A stretch of 48,593 nucleotides of DNA, filler included, from Sphacelaria rigidula (Eukaryota), in the NCBI GenBank assembly GCA_964200075.2. It is 3 parts of 3 records of this genome, joined end to end, with 100 filler letters (N's around TTAATTAATTAA, not from the genome) between each part and the next. Parts side by side here need not be neighbours in the genome. Positions count along the whole stretch, not along the records: positions 32,463 to 48,593 come from CAXNAA020001473.1; 2 more parts are not named here. One strand, 5' to 3'. Position numbers and translations under genes: made by a program. Of this stretch, positions 48,480 to 48,593 are shown one piece after another. Below the pieces are notes generated by a model, which worked only from the letters and a program-made list of their open reading frames with translations, was not told the DNA's origin and made no database searches. Position 1 is the first letter of the stretch; the number at the start of each line of letters is the position of its first letter.

Positions 48480-48593
48480 GTTTCTTCCTTTTTAAGTTTT
48501 CATCACGCCTTTTTCGGCAGGTGCCAGGAATGCCCCCCCCCCCCCCCCCGCAATCGGGGGCCGCGGGCAGGGGGGGAAGAGGCAAAAGAAGAA

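Noticed and set aside
1-48593. CRISPR array, rRNA or prokaryotic operon
   Set aside because: No regularly spaced repeat-spacer array, rRNA-like sequence or dense intronless gene packing

Overview
Eukaryotic, intron-rich, repeat-rich DNA, most likely a brown alga or related stramenopile (inferred from splice signals and element types). The window is three segments of exactly 16,131 bp (1-16131, 16232-32362, 32463-48593) joined by artificial N44-TTAATTAATTAA-N44 spacers, so adjacency across spacers is meaningless. Segment 1 holds a multi-exon amino-acid transporter (Aa_trans/AAAP) whose introns are full of MITEs and short retroposons. Segment 2 holds a decayed tyrosine-recombinase retrotransposon (DIRS order, Ngaro-like) with nested insertions, plus a Ty3/gypsy gag-protease remnant. 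Segment 3 holds a second gypsy remnant and the most interesting feature: a spliced minus-strand gene, invisible in the ORF track as a single unit. It encodes ParB/Srx domain - HTH - PHD-like Zn finger - basic NLS-like patch - degenerate beta-class (N6/N4) DNA-methyltransferase fold - possible SET-like tail, and is now partly pseudogenised. A family of structured 67-bp and ~600-bp retroposons with long TSDs and C-run targets is also notable. All domain calls are by-eye motif recognition, not database searches.
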